A stretch of 64,000 nt of DNA from Acidobacteriota bacterium. GTDB lineage: Bacteria; Acidobacteriota; UBA6911; RPQK01; JAJDTT01. Location: contig CBDCJH010000002.1 in NCBI GenBank assembly GCA_965217775.1, positions 3,360,001 to 3,424,000 of the forward strand. The letters run 5' to 3'. The stretch's first letter is position 1; each line of letters begins with the position of its first letter. Under the pieces are notes generated by a model. The model was not told the origin of the DNA. It did not search any database and worked only from the letters and a program-made list of their open reading frames with translations. Below are positions 10,249-18,579 of the stretch, in pieces. A program made the position numbers and the translations under genes.

Positions 10249-11118
10249 ATGAGAATCATCGCTATCGTATCCCTGGCCCTGGCCGTCCTGGCTCCTCTTC
10301 CCGGCCAGAACCGAACGGAGGTGGAGAGGCCCGGGAGAGTCAAGATATTGGAGTCCCCTTCCGGGGTCCGTTTCGCTCTGCTGGGGGAGGCGGGTGAGCG
10401 GCCGGCTCCGACAGTTCTTGTCTTCGGAGGGGGGATGCGTGCGGGCCTGGAGGGCAGGTCCGGCACCCTATGTTGGATCCTGGCTCGGCACGGCTTCCTT
10501 TCGGTCGCGCTGGACAGTCCCAGCCACGGAGATGATCAGAGGTCCGGCGAGCCGTTCGGCCTCGCAGGGTGGCGGGACCGTCTGGAGAAGGGCGAGGACT
10601 TCCTCGCTGACTTCCTGAAAAGAACCTCCTCCGTGCTGAATTACCTGATCCGGCAGCGAGTCACGGATCCGGAGTGGATCGTCGCTTACGGCTCGTCCCG
10701 GGGCGGTTTCCTGGCCCTGCATTTCGCCGCGGTCGAGCCTCGAATCGGCTCCGCGGTCGCGTTCGCTCCTGTCACGGATCTGCTGGCCTTGCAGGAATTC
10801 CAGGGAATAAGAGACAAAGCTGCGGCCCGTTCTTTGGACGTCATGGAGCTGGCGCCGAAGCTGGCCGGGCGTCGCCTCTTCATCCAGATGGGACACAACG
10901 ACGAGCGGGTGGGCGGCCGCCACGCCATCGACTTCGCTCTGAGGGTCATGGAGCTGTCGCCCTTCCACATGAAGCCCTTGCGGGGCATCTGGTCAGGGGA
11001 CGTGTTGAAGCTGGTGATCACCCCGTCGGAAAGTCAAAACGGCCACACGACCTACGACAGAGCCCACCACGATGCCGCGGAATGGATCCTTCGAGGAACC
11101 GGAGAGGGAGGGAGCTGA
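10249..11118 (+). CDS. secreted alpha/beta hydrolase (dienelactone hydrolase/peptidase S9-like)
   Basis: Signal peptide, GSSRGG nucleophile elbow, later Asp and His. Confidence 0.75.
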   Translation: MRIIAIVSLALAVLAPLPGQNRTEVERPGRVKILESPSGVRFALLGEAGERPAPTVLVFGGGMRAGLEGRSGTLCWILARHGFLSVALDSPSHGDDQRSGEPFGLAGWRDRLEKGEDFLADFLKRTSSVLNYLIRQRVTDPEWIVAYGSSRGGFLALHFAAVEPRIGSAVAFAPVTDLLALQEFQGIRDKAAARSLDVMELAPKLAGRRLFIQMGHNDERVGGRHAIDFALRVMELSPFHMKPLRGIWSGDVLKLVITPSESQNGHTTYDRAHHDAAEWILRGTGEGGS

Positions 11119-11314
11119 GCCACGTCACCGGAGGGACCAGGAGCCCGGGGGAAACAACCCGGAGAATCAGACTGTCCCTATCTCTGAGAAGGGGACAGTC
11201 ACTGATGGCAACTGTACTCCGGGCGTTTCGGCAGGACTTGGCTCGCATGTATCATCGAGGCGTACCCAGGAGACCCTGGTGGGACACCTGCACGGACCTG
11301 AAAGAGGAGGAGTC

Positions 11315-12085
11315 GTGCGAATCAGAGTGATCAATCCCTTCGGCGGAACCGAGTTCAGGGGACGGGAGAACCTGGAGCGCATCAGGCGAAGCGGCACCGA
11401 GTTCGACATGGTCAACATCGCCGACGCCTATCCGCTGAAGAACAACCAGTTCCTGTACTTCCGGCACAAGTGCACCGATGCGACGCTGGAACAGGTGACA
11501 CAGGCCGAGAAGGACGGATGCGACGCCGCCTTCATTTCCTGCAACCTGGACATTGGACTCTACGAAGCCCGTTCTCTGGTGGACATCCCGGTTACGGCCA
11601 CGCTGGAGTCGGCGGCACTGATAGCGTACGCCATGTGTGAACGTTTCTCCCTGATCTCCGTGGACGACCAGAATGGACGCATCCAACGCATGATCCTGAG
11701 GCAGTACGGCCTGGACGGCAAAGTGGCGTCACACCGATCCATCGGCATCGATGCCAATGACCTCTACCCGGAGAAGACGCCGGAAGACGAGGTCTACCGG
11801 CGCGCAGTCGAGGTGTCCCGGCAGTGTGTCCGGGAGGACGGTGCTGAAATGCTGATCTCGGGATGCACCCTCATGGGTTCCGTTCTCACCCACCGCGGCG
11901 CCCAGGCCATCGACGAAATCGGCGCCCCGGTGATCGACGGCATGGTCACCGGCTTCAAGATGGCGGAAATGATGTACGACATCTGCCGTCTGACGGGCCT
12001 GCCTCCCGTGAGCCGAACGGGCTTCTTCCAGTTCCCTCCCGCCGACGACGTGAAACGGCTGAGGGACTTCTACGGGCGGAGATGA
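11315..12085 (+). CDS. Asp/Glu/hydantoin racemase family protein
   Basis: RIRVINP start after RBS GAGGAGG; DAAFISCNLDIG and GCT cysteine motifs; PVIDG. Confidence 0.85.
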   Translation: MRIRVINPFGGTEFRGRENLERIRRSGTEFDMVNIADAYPLKNNQFLYFRHKCTDATLEQVTQAEKDGCDAAFISCNLDIGLYEARSLVDIPVTATLESAALIAYAMCERFSLISVDDQNGRIQRMILRQYGLDGKVASHRSIGIDANDLYPEKTPEDEVYRRAVEVSRQCVREDGAEMLISGCTLMGSVLTHRGAQAIDEIGAPVIDGMVTGFKMAEMMYDICRLTGLPPVSRTGFFQFPPADDVKRLRDFYGRR

Positions 12086-12239
12086 AGATCAGGTCATACC
12101 TGGGGGCTTGAGGGAGATCGTGCCGGTAACCGAGACCTGGCTGTCGCGGCGGCGCCAAGGCAAAAATCCCGGTCGACCTCCGCGTCCTTCGCGGAAGCAT
12201 TGCCGGCCGATTGCCCCGCGTTGGGGAGGATTACCACCT

Positions 12240-13685
12240 ATGAGCCGACCTGGACTACGGACCGTGCCATGGCTGATTCTTTCGATCGCCTTGGGGGGAC
12301 TCTCTTCCGCCTGCACCCGAATCCCTGAGGGGCCGAACATCGTCCTGATCCTGGCCGACGATCTGGCCTGGAACCAGTTGGGTTGCTACGGAAGCAGCTT
12401 CTACGAGACTCCTCATCTCGACGCTCTGGCCCGCCAGGGGATGCGTTTCACCGACGCCTACGCCGCCAGTCCGATCTGTTCCCCGACCCGTGCCAGCATC
12501 ATGACGGGAACGTACCCGGCACGACTCCGCGTCACCCAGTTCATCTCTCCTGGAGACTACGCCGGGGATGCCATCAGGCTGCTGGAGCCGGACTGTACCC
12601 GCCGGCTACCCCTGGAGGAGGAGACGATCGCCGAGGCCCTGAAGGATATGGGCTACGTCACGGCTGCATTCGGCAAGTGGCACCTCAGCCAAGCCAAGAC
12701 CCCTCCCGGGAGCCTGCCCTTCAATCCGGACAAGCAGGGTTTCGACCAGCACTTCGTGACCTACAAGCCGGTCCCCCGCATGGCCAGGGAGTGGCAGACG
12801 CCGGAGAACGATGCCCACAACGTCCGCATCATCACCGAGAAATCCCTGGAGTTCATGGAGAAGAACCGGGAAAGGCCCTTCTTCCTCTTCGTTTCTCACA
12901 ACAGCGTTCACACCCCCCTGGTGGAGAAGGAGGCGCTGATCTCCAAGTACCGGGCCAAGCCGGACGTCGACGCCCCCACCAACCACCCGGTCATCGGAGC
13001 CATGATCGAGACCCTGGACCTCAGCGTCGGCCGACTGCTGGCCAAGCTGGACGAGCTGGGCATGTCGGAGAGGACCCTGGTGCTCTTCTTCTCCGACAAT
13101 GGAGGCTTGGAATGGAGCGGAGATGACGGACCGGTCCCGGCCAATCATCCGCTTCGCGCCGGCAAGGGGGACCTCTACGAAGGAGGGATCCGAGTACCCT
13201 TGATCGCCCGCTGGCCGAACGTGATCGCCTCCGGCAGCATAGTTGAGGAGCTAGTCAGCAGCATCGATCTCTTCCCTACCCTGGTGCAAGTCGCGGGAGG
13301 AGTCGAGAAGCGGGGCGAAATCGACGGCGTGAGCCTGCTGCCGCTCCTGCGAGGGGCCGCCACACTGGACCGCGACGCCCTCTTCTGGCACTACCCCCAC
13401 TACCACGGCTCCGGCGCCCTGCCCTCGAGCGCCGTTCGCAAAGGGCGTTACAAGCTGCTGGAGTGGCACGAAGAAAGGATCTACGGGCTGGAGAATCGGT
13501 ACGAGCTCTACGACCTGACGCGCGACCTGGGAGAATCCAACGATTTGGCATCCAGCAGGCCCGAAAAGACCCGCGAGCTGGCCACGGATCTGGAGAACTG
13601 GAGAACTTCGGTGGGAGCCCAGATGCCGCAGCGTAATCCGGCTTACCGGTCCGCCGGAGGTCCCGGCGCGCCTCGAAAGGATTGA
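12240..13685 (+). CDS. sulfatase (arylsulfatase A-like)
   Basis: PNIVLILADD, CSPTRASIMTG, GKWHL, SDNG. Confidence 0.92.
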   Translation: MSRPGLRTVPWLILSIALGGLSSACTRIPEGPNIVLILADDLAWNQLGCYGSSFYETPHLDALARQGMRFTDAYAASPICSPTRASIMTGTYPARLRVTQFISPGDYAGDAIRLLEPDCTRRLPLEEETIAEALKDMGYVTAAFGKWHLSQAKTPPGSLPFNPDKQGFDQHFVTYKPVPRMAREWQTPENDAHNVRIITEKSLEFMEKNRERPFFLFVSHNSVHTPLVEKEALISKYRAKPDVDAPTNHPVIGAMIETLDLSVGRLLAKLDELGMSERTLVLFFSDNGGLEWSGDDGPVPANHPLRAGKGDLYEGGIRVPLIARWPNVIASGSIVEELVSSIDLFPTLVQVAGGVEKRGEIDGVSLLPLLRGAATLDRDALFWHYPHYHGSGALPSSAVRKGRYKLLEWHEERIYGLENRYELYDLTRDLGESNDLASSRPEKTRELATDLENWRTSVGAQMPQRNPAYRSAGGPGAPRKD

Positions 13686-13775
13686 TACCGTTCGACGGAG
13701 CAGACGGGACCGGGTTGGCGGAATGCGCCGGAACTCAGCCCGTTCGGCTCGACCGACTCGCTATGGCGTCGTCGC

Positions 13776-14498
13776 CTAAGGCGCCCCGCCGTCCAACTCG
13801 CGAACGTAGATGTTACGAAACCAGAGCCGGTTGCCATGGTTCTGCAGCTCGATCTGGCCCCCAGGATAGATCCGTTGGGACCGGTCCCAAATATTTTCCA
13901 TCACCACCTGGTCGGTCACCAACTTGCCGTTGAGCTTCACCGTGACCCGCTCGCCGACCATCTTGATGTAGAAGGTATTCCACTGACCCACAGGCAGGTC
14001 CGCCTTCACCAGGGGAAAACGGGGATGGACCTTGTTGTTCCACAGGGCCCCCGAGCCCTTGTCGTTACCGTGCCTGCGATACTTCTCGGACTCCGTGTCC
14101 CAGATCTGAACCTGGGGGCTGCCGCGCAGATAGATGCCGCTGTCTCCGTCTTCCAGGATCTTCCAGTCGACATACAGTTCGAAATCACCGTAGTCCCTGG
14201 CGGTGCACAGGCTGTCGCCCTTGCCGTCGAACTCCAGAACACCGTCGACCACTCTCCAGTGGGCCCGCATGCGCTCGTCGGCCTTCTTCTGAGCCTCCGC
14301 CAGTTCCGCCGGCGACATCGCGGCACGCTTGATCGGGTGTTCCACCAACCCCTTCCAACCAGCCAGGGTCTTGCCGTCGAAGAGTGCGGTAAAGCCTTCG
14401 GGTGGCTGCGGACCGGGTGCTGCCGAAAGCGGAGCCAGCATCGTGACCAGGCAGGCGACGAATCCGGGGATCCAGGTGTTGCGGCGGTGGTCTCGCAT
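13776..14498 (-). CDS. DUF1080 / 3-keto-disaccharide hydrolase family protein
   Basis: LFDGKTLAGW, YGDFELYVDWK, DSGIYLR, GQIELQNHG..FRNI. Confidence 0.88.
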   Translation of the reverse strand: MRDHRRNTWIPGFVACLVTMLAPLSAAPGPQPPEGFTALFDGKTLAGWKGLVEHPIKRAAMSPAELAEAQKKADERMRAHWRVVDGVLEFDGKGDSLCTARDYGDFELYVDWKILEDGDSGIYLRGSPQVQIWDTESEKYRRHGNDKGSGALWNNKVHPRFPLVKADLPVGQWNTFYIKMVGERVTVKLNGKLVTDQVVMENIWDRSQRIYPGGQIELQNHGNRLWFRNIYVRELDGGAP

Positions 14499-14682
14499 CG
14501 GTTTCAACTCCTGCAGGATGGGTGCCACACGAAGCGACACAATTGTCTGGTGGCCGAAGTATAGCACCCGTCCCCCCGGCGATCATGCTCCGGGAGCCTC
14601 ACTGGAGCCGGCAAATCGCGGTGGAGGGATTGGAACGATCCGGCCTGTAGATCGTGAAAAATGGACTGTCCCCTTTTTACAT

Positions 14683-15771
14683 CTATTCCAGCCCGAACAG
14701 TCGTGCTGCATTCCCGCCGAAGAAGAGTGACCTGTCTTCCCCGGACATGAACTCGGCGTGCAGCCGAACATAGTCCATTGCCTGCCGGTAGGTAACACTG
14801 CGTTCGGCCGCCGGCATGTCCGAACCCCAGATCAGCTTTTCCGGTCCCAGCTCGTCGTACAACCGTTTGAGGATGTCTTGCGCCCACGAAAATGGATACT
14901 CGGTGTCCGGCGCCATCAGATGCAGCATGACTTCCAGGCTCAGGTTCGGGTTCTTGAGGCAGGTCAGGACTTCAACCGGGATTTCGAATCGCTCTTCGGG
15001 GGGACGCATGACGATGGTCTCGATGCCGTGGGTGTAGACGCAGGGAATATCCGGGTGCGACTTGGCCCAGCGGTCCAGACGGACGACCTGCTCCAGGTAG
15101 CTGCCGAGCCGATCCCGGTGACTCGTGTAGAGGTACCAGAACACCGGAATCTCCAGCCGGCGGACCGTTTCCCACAGGGGTTCGAACTTGGCGTCGTCCA
15201 GGTGATCGACCCAGCCGGTGAAGGCCAACGATTCAACCGAAAAATAGAGTCCCCTCAACCCCAGGGTTTCGACGGCGTACTCCAATCGGGACCATTGGAG
15301 TTCCTGATCCGCCTCCCACTCCCGGATCTGAGCCAGCGGAAGGAACCGTCCCGGATACCGGCTCATGCAGTCGCTCAGGATCTCGTTGAGGCTGCCGTAG
15401 ATATGGTCGTGTTGCAGGACCGCCATATCCACACCCAGATAGTCCATGTAGGCGATCATGAGTTCGGGAGGAGCCGCCATGTCCTGAAACCAACAGGGAT
15501 ACCACTGCAGATAGTAGTCTTCGCCATCCACGGTGCATTCCAACTGGCCATGCCCCGCAACGCGGAAATTGACGTCCGGCATATCCGCTATGCCATCGCC
15601 GGCCGGCATCAGCAGTGAGATATCGGCAGGCAAACCGTCGCGGCGCCGGCGCCAGCCTTGGGAGTGGAACTGCACGTGATGCTGGATGATTTGCAACTGG
15701 GTCTCCGCCGCCTGATCGCCCGAGTCGGTGCCCAAGCGCGGAAACACATGAGCATGGGCATCGATAATCAT
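14683..15771 (-). CDS. amidohydrolase family protein (Amidohydro_2)
   Basis: IIDAHAH, IWGSDMP, GGNAARLF; TATAAT 9 nt upstream of the ATG suggests a near-leaderless transcript. Confidence 0.85.
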   Translation of the reverse strand: MIIDAHAHVFPRLGTDSGDQAAETQLQIIQHHVQFHSQGWRRRRDGLPADISLLMPAGDGIADMPDVNFRVAGHGQLECTVDGEDYYLQWYPCWFQDMAAPPELMIAYMDYLGVDMAVLQHDHIYGSLNEILSDCMSRYPGRFLPLAQIREWEADQELQWSRLEYAVETLGLRGLYFSVESLAFTGWVDHLDDAKFEPLWETVRRLEIPVFWYLYTSHRDRLGSYLEQVVRLDRWAKSHPDIPCVYTHGIETIVMRPPEERFEIPVEVLTCLKNPNLSLEVMLHLMAPDTEYPFSWAQDILKRLYDELGPEKLIWGSDMPAAERSVTYRQAMDYVRLHAEFMSGEDRSLFFGGNAARLFGLE

Positions 15772-15794
15772 CTGATGGAGATTATAAAGAGTGG

Positions 15795-16420
15795 TTGACA
15801 CGCTCTACAGTTCTGGTGACACGCTCGGCCTATCGGCCCACGTTCCGCCACCGGCGGCAGAAACCCCAGCCGCCAAGATGTTGATCGCAGCGTTATGGTC
15901 CCTGTCCATCCGGAGTCCGCAGGTGCGGCACCTGTAGGTCTCACTGCGTCCCGGATCGTGACGACTGCCGCACCTGTGACAGTCCTGCGACGTGTATTTC
16001 GGGTCCACTTCTACGAACTCCCGACCGGCCCACTCTGCCTTGTACTGGAGTTGATTGCGTAGAAGTCCCCAGGATTGGGTGAGGATCTCCCGATTCAGGC
16101 CCTTCTTGTGCAGGCCCTTGGTGGACATCCCCGTGATGTTCAGCTTCTCGACGGCGATGAGTCCGTGAGAACGCACGATCCGAGTCGTGGCCCGGTGGCA
16201 CGTATTCCGGTTCCTGACCTTCTCGCGGTAGCGTAGCCGTGCCAATTGCCGGACCCGCTTCTTGCGGCGGTTCGATCCCCGCTTGCAACGGGCAACTCTT
16301 CTCTGCTGACGCTTGATCTCCGCCCAATTGCGGCGGTGGCGTTCGATCCGTTCTCCGGTGGACAAGACGGCCCGTTTACGGACTCCAAGGTCGATCCCCA
16401 CCGCAGCGTCACAACGGGGG
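15795..16420 (-). mobile_element. tnpB: 5'-truncated IS200/IS605 tnpB (RuvC + Zn-ribbon part only) with degenerate right end
   Basis: VGIDLG (RuvC-I), IAVEKL (RuvC-II), TSQDCHRC..CRTC, DRDHNAAINIL (RuvC-III). N-terminal half absent; GTGTCAA follows the stop. Confidence 0.85.
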
Positions 16421-16429
16421 AAATCCGAG

Positions 16430-17860
16430 ATGTTCCGATCTTTCGCCGCAGTGAACTCAGTGCTGTTCTCCGGACTTCTTGCGATTCCGGGAATGGCGTC
16501 CGAGAGGGTGAACCTGATCTCCATCGTCACCGACGACCAGGCTCAATGGGCGGTCGGAGCCTACGGCAACCGGGACATTCTCACCCCGAACATGGATCGG
16601 TTGGCGGAGGAGGGGGCCCTCTTCCACAACGCCTTCGTGGCCACTCCGGTGTGCTCTCCCGGCCGGGCGTCGTTTCTGACCGGGCTCTACCCCACCCAGG
16701 TGGGGATCTCCGATTGGATAGCGCCGGTGGGTTCCGACGTGGGAGTGGGGATCGCCTCGAAGTGGACCACTTGGCCCGAGACATTGCAGGCCAACGGCTA
16801 CGAGACGGCTCTGGTGGGGAAATGGCATCTCGGCCTCGAACCCCAATTTCACCCGACGCGGCACGGCTTCGATACTTTCTACGGTTTTCGAGCCGGAGCG
16901 GCGCGGCCTCAGAATCCGGAGCTGGAGGTCGAGGGCAAGACCCAGGAGGTGGAGGGATACATTGCCGACCTCCTGGTCGATCGCGCGATCCGTTTCCTGG
17001 AAGACAACCGGAGTCGACCCTTCGCCCTGCTCCTCCATTTCCGGGCTCCCCACCGCCCCTATCTTCCGGTTCCTGAGGAGGACTGGACTCCCTTCCGACT
17101 GATGGATCCCGAAGTGCCGGATGTGCCCGGCCTGTCCGCCGGCCACATCAAGCAGCTGACCCGGGAATACTACGCCAGTGTCCACTCCGTGGACCGGAAT
17201 CTGGGGCGTCTGATGTGGAAAATGCGGCAGTTGGGCCTGGACTCGAACACCATCGTCCTGTTCACCAGTGACCACGGTTACATGATTGGGCATCATGGGC
17301 TTCACTCCAAAGGAAACGCATATTGGGTCGCCGCCGGCGTTCGGAATACCGGCAGGACCTACGGCTGGTATCCCATGATCCCCAACATGTACGAGGAATC
17401 CATCCGGGTCCCGCTGCTGATTCGGTGGCCGGGTCGGATCCGGCCCGGGACGAGGATCGATGAACCTGTCTCCAACGTCGACATCTTCCCCACCCTCCTT
17501 AAGCTGCTGGGAATACCCGCCCCGTCTCGAGTCAAACTGGAGGGACGGGATTTCTCGCCTCTGCTGCGGGGCGAGAAGATCCCGTGGCGAGAGGAGATCT
17601 TCGGTCAGTACGACGTGCACAACAACGGACTGGCGTTCATGCGGATGATCCGGACCGATCGTTGGAAGCTGGTCCGGTACCATCTGAGCAACTACCTCGA
17701 CCGTCTCTACGATCTGAAGCAGGACCCTGGAGAGATGAGGAACCTGTACCGGGATCCCGGGCACCAGGAGGTTCGCCAGGATCTGACCAGACGGCTGGAG
17801 TCCTGGCAGCGTTCCATCGACGATCCGGTCCTGCGTTGGGAGAAAGCCATGGGGCGCTGA
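16430..17860 (+). CDS. sulfatase
   Basis: NLISIVTDD, CSPGRASFLTG, GKWHLG, SDHG, LYDLKQDPGE. Confidence 0.92.
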   Translation: MFRSFAAVNSVLFSGLLAIPGMASERVNLISIVTDDQAQWAVGAYGNRDILTPNMDRLAEEGALFHNAFVATPVCSPGRASFLTGLYPTQVGISDWIAPVGSDVGVGIASKWTTWPETLQANGYETALVGKWHLGLEPQFHPTRHGFDTFYGFRAGAARPQNPELEVEGKTQEVEGYIADLLVDRAIRFLEDNRSRPFALLLHFRAPHRPYLPVPEEDWTPFRLMDPEVPDVPGLSAGHIKQLTREYYASVHSVDRNLGRLMWKMRQLGLDSNTIVLFTSDHGYMIGHHGLHSKGNAYWVAAGVRNTGRTYGWYPMIPNMYEESIRVPLLIRWPGRIRPGTRIDEPVSNVDIFPTLLKLLGIPAPSRVKLEGRDFSPLLRGEKIPWREEIFGQYDVHNNGLAFMRMIRTDRWKLVRYHLSNYLDRLYDLKQDPGEMRNLYRDPGHQEVRQDLTRRLESWQRSIDDPVLRWEKAMGR

Positions 17861-17921
17861 TCCGTCCGGGCCGGGCACTTCCCCGCCCCCGCGGCGCGGA
17901 GGAGGACGCGGGGAAGTCGAA

Positions 17922-18290
17922 GTGGAATCGCTGCTGGAGGGGACCCGTGTGGAGCCGGGACCGATCCGTCCCCTCCGGCCGGTCGGGTACTACCACCGTG
18001 AGCCGGAAGTGGGGGCTCCGGAACGGGAGTCGCGGCACGTGCTGCCGGCGCAGGAACACGGACGGTGGTCCTATCCTTCGGTTTTTGTCATGGCAGACCG
18101 CGTGTTCATCGCCCACACCTACAGCATTTACGAAGACCACCCCACCAAGGCCCGACTCGTGCTTTCCAGCCGCCGGGAAGACGGGTTCAACCAGAAGCTC
18201 AAGGTCTTTCCCCTGACTTGGTTCTACGGGGAAAAGGAGCCGGCCGACAACCCCTTCCTGCCGCGAGTCCGGAGGCCGGCGCGTCCCTGA
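17922..18290 (+). pseudogene. C-terminal fragment of a sialidase/BNR-like protein
   Basis: WSYPSVFV..FIAHTY..KLKVFPLTWFY resembles the last propeller blade; no N-terminus. Confidence 0.45.
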
Positions 18291-18292
18291 GG

Positions 18293-18553
18293 CGAAGCAA
18301 TGGAAAACTGAACTTGGAGACGGGCGCCGGGGGATCGGTCCAAGTGGAAATTCAGGACGAGAAAGGCGTTCCCATCCCCGGTTTCACGGCGGCGGAAGCG
18401 GACGAGATCAACGGCAACCACGTGCGGATCATAGCCTCCTGGCAGGGCTCCCGGGACCTGCGCTCCCTGGAGGGCCGGACCGTCCGGTTGCGTTTCGTGA
18501 TGCGGGACGCGAACCTCTACTCATTCCAGTCCGTCGCCCGGAAAGAGCCCTGA
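18293..18553 (+). pseudogene. C-terminal fragment of a GH32-like paralog
   Basis: KLNLETGAGGSVQVEIQD..PIPGF..LEGRTVRLRFVMRDANLYSFQ matches the C-termini of the five full paralogs. Confidence 0.75.
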
Positions 18554-18579
18554 ACCCAGGGCCCCGCGGCCGCCCCGGC

